Positions 61,601 to 64,000 of a stretch of DNA of 64,000 bases are shown piece after piece (positions within the stretch are counted from its first letter, which is position 1; the number at the start of each line of letters is the position of its first letter). The position numbers and the translations under genes were made by a program. The stretch is from Vicugna vicugna (taxonomy: Eukaryota): the NCBI GenBank assembly GCA_013265495.1, contig MU061804.1, positions 186,001 to 250,000 on the forward strand, in the 5' to 3' direction. The notes under the pieces were generated by a model, which saw only the letters and a list, made by a program, of their open reading frames with translations, did no database searches and was not told where the DNA came from.

Positions 61601-64000
61601 GGTAGCCCTGTTAGGAAGCTCCAGAGCATGTGGCCGTTCCTCACGAGGTACAGTATCCCTGTGACTGTCCTGGGAGGACGGGGAACGGGGCAAACCAGCT
61701 CCTGCTCTGAGGGCCTCTGGGGCCGCAGCAGGCATCCCACGACACTGGGCCACCACTCGTGGTCGGGCTTTGAGCCCACGTGACCAGCCCCCCGCCGTGC
61801 GGCAGTGGCTTGTGCTGGTGGAGTCAAGGAATACTGTCCTTACAGAGACTGGTCTGCACAGACGCCCCAGTTCTCTCTAAAACAACCACTGAAAGCAACT
61901 TCTCTGCCCTGTGTCTTGCCGAGTGTGTGTTTTCTTTAAGTTTGTCTGGTTTGCAGTCTGTTGTGGTGACAAGATTGTCATTGGTTGACAAGGCATGTGG
62001 GCCGGGGATGGGAGTGTGCCCCAGCTACACTGCTAACCTTCCTCTGCTCTCCCCGGCGCTCACCTCTGACTCTTCCCCCCACTCCCCTGCATCCATGCAA
62101 CCGCCTCTTCAGAGCCTGCTGCCCTGGAGCCGTGGGGGTGTCCTTGTGCTGGGGCAGCAGGAGGGAGGGAGGCTTCCCAGGGCCTGGAGGGCTTGCATGC
62201 CTCGGAGCTCCAGCCTCCATACCCCGTGGCTCGCTGTGCAGAGATGCTCAGAAAGGAGTGTGTGAAGCTGAACACAGCTGCTCTGAAGCCAGAGAGCTGA
62301 GCCTGCTGGGCCTGACACCCCGCAGGGGCGGGCCCGATGGGCCAGGGCTCCGGGCAGCTCAGTGCAGGCACAGCCCCTGCTCGTGCGAATGCTGTTCAGT
62401 CCTGCCTCCCTGAGCGTGGCCGCATGTGCCAGGCACACGGCACCCAGGAAGTCAGTAGGAGGTCAGGGTCCCTGAGAGTTGCCCGTGTGTTTCTGGGTTT
62501 GGCTTTCCTGGGAGAGAACTTCTGACCAGTGACCCACAGAACATAGGCAGCTGGGGAGAGCTCTCAGCCTGGCCGTGGGGAGGCCTGCGAACCCCTGTGT
62601 ACACTTGTTGGATGTGTTCATGTGCATTTTCTAGGAAGAGAGTCCCCAGGCTTCCTGAGAGTGTCAGGTGGCTTGTAACCCTAAAACAGCAAGGAGCCCC
62701 TGGCAGCCTGCCTTCCGCCTTTGGTTAAGACTGCACTACAGCCATAGGCTTCCGTGTCCCCTCTGTAGGGCGTGGCTCCTTGGAAGGTTCCCCCTTCCCT
62801 CCTCCGGCTGCAGCTGAGCCCAGCAGGGTCAGGCTGCTCCCAGTGGAGGCTTGGGTATCAGCCGACCGCGGGCGGCACCGACCCCAGAAGCTGCTGCTGG
62901 GCCTGAATTAAAGCAGGGAGCCCGTGGTCTCCCCGCCCTGGTGAGAGTCCCTGGTGACGGCTCCCTGGGATGGACTGCGTCTGCCCTGCAGGGGTCGCTG
63001 GGAGCATTGTCAGGAGGCCAGAAGGGCACTGGTGGAGAGAGGTAGCCTCTGGTCAGAGTGTGAGGTGAGGAGGCCTCGGTGCAGCGGCCCTGAGCAGTCA
63101 GAGCCCAGCACAGGCTGGCAAGTGTCCCCAGGAGGAAGGCGAGTTTGTTTCCTCTTCATTAGACTGGTCTCCTCAAAGCAGACCTGGTGCCCAGCAAGTA
63201 CCAAGTACACACCAGACAAATGAGAAGGGGAGCAGAGCACTTAAAACGGACCCCGAGGAAGCGGTCAAGCAGGAGAGGGGTCCAGGCGAGCTGCGGCCAA
63301 TTGCCGAGGGGTGAGGGCCGGGCCGGGAGGACAGAGGAAGGCGCAGGCGTGTCTGGCCCTGGGGACGTGGTGCCCTGGTGGCCGTCGGCAAACCGTGGGC
63401 CTGGCCTGGGAGCGTCTGACTGATCCCGCTGGGCCCTCTGCACGTTTGCCCCGGTGTGAGGGTTCCTGCGGCGGGAGGACAGCAGGCACCGCTGGCCCAA
63501 CACGCCCTCTCTTGGCAGGCATGGGCAAGAAGGACGATCCCAAGCTCATGCAGGAGTGGTTCACGCTGGTGCAGGAGAAGAACGCGCTGGTGCGCTACGA
63601 GTCGGAGCTGATGATCTTGTAAGTGGCCAGTCCCAGCAGGAGCTTCTTAGTTCAGGGACAAGGGCCTTGGGTGGAGGGTGCTGGGGGGCCGTCAGCTCAG
63701 GGCTGGTTCCAGCAGGAGTGCAGACCCTTCCTAGTTCAGGGGATGAGGAGGTGTGTCCCCCAGTCACTTGCTTGTCCCCCCACCCCCCGAAACCCCAGTG
63801 CCCGGGAGCTGGAGCTGGAGGACCGGCAGAGCCGCCTGCAGCAGGAACTCCGCGAGCGGATGGCCGTGGAAGGTAAGAGGGGATGGGAGGCCGGGGTGGG
63901 CCGCTGCCTTTGGCCCTACAGGCCTAACGTGTTTGGTTCCACCCAGATCACCTGAAGACGGAGGAGGAGCTGTCGGAGGAGAAGAGGATCCTGAACGAGA
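1..64000 (+). CDS. MICAL3: MICAL3 gene span (multi-exon, partial at both ends): CH end, LIM, acidic/Pro-rich linker, bMERB
   Basis: Spliced translation gives diagnostic MICAL3 peptides in order: [179 protein letters not shown]. All junctions are GT-AG with matching phases. Confidence 0.99.
871..985. mobile_element. MIR SINE remnant
   Basis: ctgtgcctcagttccccatctgtaaaac core with an aaatgttagc end. Confidence 0.7.
1529..1641 (+). CDS. MICAL3: Exon: [38 protein letters not shown]
   Basis: Acceptor gtccacag|, donor AAG|gtaagt; 113 nt, phase 1 to 0. Confidence 0.97.
1727..1789 (+). CDS. MICAL3: Exon: [21 protein letters not shown] (basic, NLS-like)
   Basis: Acceptor ccctgcag|, donor GAG|gtgaga; 63 nt, phase 0-0, after an 85-nt intron. 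Confidence 0.96.
2204..2377 (+). CDS. MICAL3: Exon: [58 protein letters not shown]
   Basis: Acceptor ttctccag|GAG (NAGNAG), donor CAG|gtaaac; 174 nt, phase 0-0. Confidence 0.97.
2771..2901 (-). mobile_element. tRNA-derived SINE (camelid Vic-1-like) with ~16-bp target-site duplication
   Basis: Reverse complement reads GGGCGGGTAGCTCAGTGGTACAGCACATGCTTAGTAGGCACGAGGTCACGGGTTCCAACCCCAGTACCTCC followed by an A-rich tail. Flanks AGTTGAGGTCATTCTT (2755-2770) and AGTTGAGTACATTCTT (2902-2917). Confidence 0.88.
3164..3271 (-). mobile_element. LINE-1 3'-end fragment
   Basis: ttttaaaattgagatatagttgattttcagtgttgtgttagtttctg..tacagcacagtgattcagtta matches the reverse of a typical laurasiatherian L1 3' terminus. 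Confidence 0.75.
3972..4055 (+). CDS. MICAL3: Cassette exon: [28 protein letters not shown]
   Basis: Acceptor tcacag|CAG, donor CAG|gtaaag; 84 nt, phase 0-0; resembles the recalled human isoform insert [28 protein letters not shown]. Confidence 0.85.
4634..4658 (+). repeat. (CAGGG)5 microsatellite, potential G-quadruplex
   Basis: Five GGG tracts spaced by CA. Confidence 0.85.
5069..5095 (+). CDS. MICAL3: Candidate 27-nt microexon: SRPSKSRWK
   Basis: AG-free pyrimidine tract 5008-5066 with branch-like ACTCAC/ACTTAC, acceptor cgcttag|, donor AAG|gtatga; 9 codons, no stop in phase 0. Confidence 0.6.
6737..6835 (+). CDS. MICAL3: Cassette exon: [33 protein letters not shown]
   Basis: Acceptor gtaaaag|, donor CAG|gtgacc; 99 nt, phase 0-0; resembles the recalled human long-insert isoform [33 protein letters not shown]. 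Confidence 0.88.
6846..6851 (+). promoter_or_regulatory. RBFOX splicing element TGCATG
   Basis: Exact hexamer 11 nt downstream of the cassette-exon donor. Core GCATG also at 8623-8627 and 10790-10794 after the next two cassette exons. Confidence 0.6.
6861..6887 (+). repeat. (CCTG)6-7 microsatellite downstream of a cassette exon
   Basis: cctgcctgcctgcctgcctgcctgcct, starting 26 nt after the 6835 donor. Confidence 0.9.
7707..7825. mobile_element. MIR SINE remnant
   Basis: aaccctatgaggtggg...ttacagatgag..aggcacag..ccaaggtcac..agtggagccggga. Confidence 0.75.
8558..8614 (+). CDS. MICAL3: Cassette exon: [19 protein letters not shown]
   Basis: Acceptor ttgccaacag|, donor AGG|gtaaag; 57 nt, phase 0-0; resembles recalled human [19 protein letters not shown]. 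Confidence 0.88.
10679..10786 (+). CDS. MICAL3: Cassette exon: [36 protein letters not shown]
   Basis: Long U-rich tract with acceptor ttttatag|, donor CAG|gtagca; 108 nt, phase 0-0; resembles recalled human [36 protein letters not shown]. Confidence 0.9.
13036..13167. other. Assembly gap or masked block, 132 N; probably hides a cassette exon
   Basis: 132 consecutive N directly after a ~73-nt AG-free pyrimidine tract ending ...ataatctcca. Confidence 0.95.
13644..13830 (+). CDS. MICAL3: LIM-domain exon (partly N): [14 protein letters not shown][gap]YDLEG
   Basis: Acceptor ccccccag|, donor GCG|gtgagt; 187 nt, phase 0 to 1; frame is preserved across the N block. Confidence 0.95.
13685..13816. 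other. Assembly gap or masked block, 132 N inside the LIM exon
   Basis: 132 consecutive N between ggcag and cgac. Confidence 0.95.
15410..15710 (+). mobile_element. LINE-1 ORF2 fragment (degenerate)
   Basis: Translates to [27 protein letters not shown], a typical L1 ORF2p motif, followed by frameshifted LPKAIYR/FFTELE-like sequence. Confidence 0.9.
15720..16035 (-). mobile_element. LINE-1 ORF2 fragment, inverted relative to the adjacent piece
   Basis: Minus-strand A-rich text resembling the ORF2p region KIDKPL...ITTDTTEIQRII. Confidence 0.8.
16899..16987 (+). CDS. MICAL3: Exon, end of LIM domain: [30 protein letters not shown]
   Basis: Acceptor gcctgcag|, donor AAG|gtaata; 89 nt, phase 1 to 0. 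Confidence 0.97.
17630..17717 (+). CDS. MICAL3: Exon: [29 protein letters not shown](G)
   Basis: Acceptor ctctcttag|GAG, donor CAG|gtagcc; 88 nt, phase 0 to 1. Confidence 0.94.
17718..17962 (+). CDS. MICAL3: Alternative C-terminus by read-through of the donor: [81 protein letters not shown]
   Basis: ORF 17732..17962 is in frame with exon 17630 (offset 102 nt) with no intervening stop; closely resembles the recalled C-terminus of a short human MICAL3 isoform. Confidence 0.8.
21607..21612 (+). terminator. Candidate poly(A) signal AATAAA for the short LIM-terminated isoform
   Basis: Canonical AATAAA flanked by U-rich sequence upstream (21480-21600) and U/GU-rich sequence downstream (~21625-21660). 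A variant ATTAAA lies at 19799-19804. Confidence 0.4.
25700..25810. mobile_element. MER20-like hAT DNA transposon fragment
   Basis: ccaggttgtgacaaccagaaatgttccctgacactgtcaggtgacccctgaggg...ctggttga resembles the MER20 right half. Confidence 0.65.
26210..26310. mobile_element. MIR SINE remnant
   Basis: ctctctgagcctcagcttcccc...aaaatgg...cctcataaggttgt. Confidence 0.6.
31302..31497 (+). CDS. MICAL3: Exon: [65 protein letters not shown](S)
   Basis: Acceptor tgtcttgcag|, donor CAG|gtcagc; 196 nt, phase 1 to 2. Confidence 0.97.
31498..31717 (+). repeat. Diverged ~60-68 bp tandem repeat x3.5 starting at the splice donor
   Basis: Units 31498-31557 (60), 31558-31617 (60), 31618-31685 (68) and partial 31686-31717; each full unit ends in (c/t)ag followed by gt and shares ggtcg...cac..cc.gccggac motifs. 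Confidence 0.8.
32360..32450. mobile_element. MIR SINE remnant
   Basis: ctctgccacctgcgagttgtgggcaagtttcttaacctctcttgcctccatttcctc. Confidence 0.65.
34659..34912 (+). CDS. MICAL3: Acidic exon: [84 protein letters not shown]
   Basis: Acceptor ttcctgcag|CAG, donor AAG|gtcaga; 254 nt, phase 2 to 1. Confidence 0.97.
37113..37247 (+). CDS. MICAL3: Exon: [45 protein letters not shown]
   Basis: Acceptor cacactag|, donor GAG|gtaact; 135 nt, phase 1-1. Confidence 0.94.
37274..37690. repeat. C-rich ~16-17 bp minisatellite (consensus CATCCCTGCAGACCCC) interrupted by a ~100-nt poly(C) run at 37536-37636
   Basis: Roughly 20 copies of CATCCCTGC plus a variable spacer; source of the spurious poly-Pro and poly-Gly ORFs. 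Confidence 0.92.
41519..41632 (+). CDS. MICAL3: Exon: [38 protein letters not shown]
   Basis: Acceptor ccttgcag|, donor ATG|gtatga; 114 nt, phase 1-1. Confidence 0.96.
42236..42388 (+). CDS. MICAL3: Exon: [51 protein letters not shown]
   Basis: Acceptor ctctgccag|, donor GAG|gtacgt; 153 nt, phase 1-1. Confidence 0.94.
42530..42612 (+). CDS. MICAL3: Exon: [28 protein letters not shown]
   Basis: Acceptor ctttttcag|, donor CAG|gtgagg; 83 nt, phase 1 to 0. Confidence 0.9.
43504..45190 (+). CDS. MICAL3: Giant Pro/Ser-rich exon (1687 nt): SVRALL...[18 protein letters not shown]...[18 protein letters not shown]...[22 protein letters not shown]...[19 protein letters not shown]...PPVVRA
   Basis: Acceptor tttcccacag| is in frame with ORF 43549..45597; donor CAG|gtaggg; phase 0 to 1. 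The 5' boundary is less certain than the 3' boundary. Confidence 0.95.
45452..45546 (+). CDS. MICAL3: Exon: [32 protein letters not shown]
   Basis: Acceptor ttccctag|, donor GAG|gtgtgt; 95 nt, phase 1 to 0. Confidence 0.95.
48153..48201 (+). pseudogene. MICAL3: Degenerate cassette exon (LVYVPHAP / frameshift / FRRRWVPK); possible 36-nt in-frame version 48153-48188
   Basis: 87-nt AG-free tract with CCTAAT branch and acceptor cttaaaag|; 49 nt to AAG|gcagtg (non-GT), or 36 nt to ACG|gtgggt. Confidence 0.55.
49210..49320 (+). CDS. MICAL3: Exon, start of bMERB: [37 protein letters not shown]
   Basis: Acceptor ccctccag|, donor CAA|gtgagt; 111 nt, phase 0-0. Confidence 0.98.
50310..50403 (+). CDS. 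MICAL3: Exon, bMERB helix 1: [31 protein letters not shown]
   Basis: Acceptor gcctgcag|, donor CAG|gtacag; 94 nt, phase 0 to 1. Confidence 0.98.
53982..54053. repeat. 32-bp tandem duplication x2.25
   Basis: ggggtccccatgctgtgggtgagccgagggct / ggggttcccgtgctgtgggtgagccgagggct / ggggtccc. Confidence 0.85.
54507..54557 (+). CDS. MICAL3: Cassette exon in the bMERB loop: [17 protein letters not shown]
   Basis: Acceptor ttccttgtag|, donor GTG|gtatgt; 51 nt, phase 1-1, no stop; resembles a recalled DYWGES..LHLG insert in predicted vertebrate isoforms. Confidence 0.8.
55129..55290. mobile_element. MER5A-like hAT-Charlie DNA transposon remnant
   Basis: agtggttctcagcatgtggtccccggccagcag...aatgcaga.tctcaggccccacc..agacct...ccaggcgattct. 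Confidence 0.75.
56045..56170 (+). mobile_element. tRNA-derived SINE (camelid Vic-1-like)
   Basis: Pol III A-box TAGCTCAGCGG (56056-56066), B-box GGTTCAATCCC (56099-56109), tail AATAAGTAAATAGATAAACCTAG...CCCC, then a T run. Confidence 0.9.
58750..58789. repeat. 20-bp tandem duplication
   Basis: gtggccccaggcggcgctgc / gtggccccaagcggcgctag. Confidence 0.8.
61433..61498 (+). CDS. MICAL3: Cassette exon in the bMERB loop: [22 protein letters not shown]
   Basis: 184-nt AG-free pyrimidine tract, acceptor tttttgaag|, donor AAG|gtaacg; 66 nt, phase 1-1, no stop. Confidence 0.85.
63519..63618 (+). CDS. MICAL3: Exon, bMERB helix 2: [33 protein letters not shown](F)
   Basis: Acceptor cttggcag|, donor CTT|gtaagt; 100 nt, phase 1 to 2. 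Confidence 0.98.
63799..63872 (+). CDS. MICAL3: Exon: [25 protein letters not shown]
   Basis: Acceptor aaccccag|, donor AAG|gtaaga; 74 nt, phase 2 to 1. Confidence 0.98.
63947..64000 (+). CDS. MICAL3: Exon (3'-truncated by window), bMERB helix 3: [18 protein letters not shown]
   Basis: CCTAAC branch and acceptor ccacccag| after a 74-nt intron. Confidence 0.97.

Overview
Eukaryotic, GC-rich genomic DNA. The whole window lies inside one + strand gene, MICAL3 (F-actin monooxygenase: MO-CH-LIM-long acidic/Pro-rich linker-bMERB Rab-binding coiled coil). It runs from the last CH-domain exon (pos. 1) to helix 3 of the bMERB domain (pos. 64000), so both gene ends are outside the window. I traced the canonical path through 21 GT-AG exons with consistent reading-frame phases. 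Two tRNA-derived SINEs match my recollection of camelid Vic-1, so the host is probably a camel, llama or alpaca. No prokaryotic, CRISPR or viral features are present, and nearly all ORFs in the six-frame track are chance ORFs in GC-rich introns. The interesting biology is an alternative-splicing layer: (i) five visible in-frame phase-0 cassette exons between CH and LIM, including a 27-nt microexon candidate, with a sixth probably hidden in a 132-N gap; three carry an RBFOX (T)GCATG motif just after the donor; (ii) intron read-through or early terminal exons that would remove the autoinhibitory bMERB domain, one adding an 81-aa tail with a hydrophobic segment; (iii) two cassette exons in the bMERB helix1-helix2 loop, one encoding RRR..FCPCC; (iv) an apparently frameshifted cassette exon with a new in-frame donor. 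Comparisons to human or other orthologues are from memory and need confirming by alignment.
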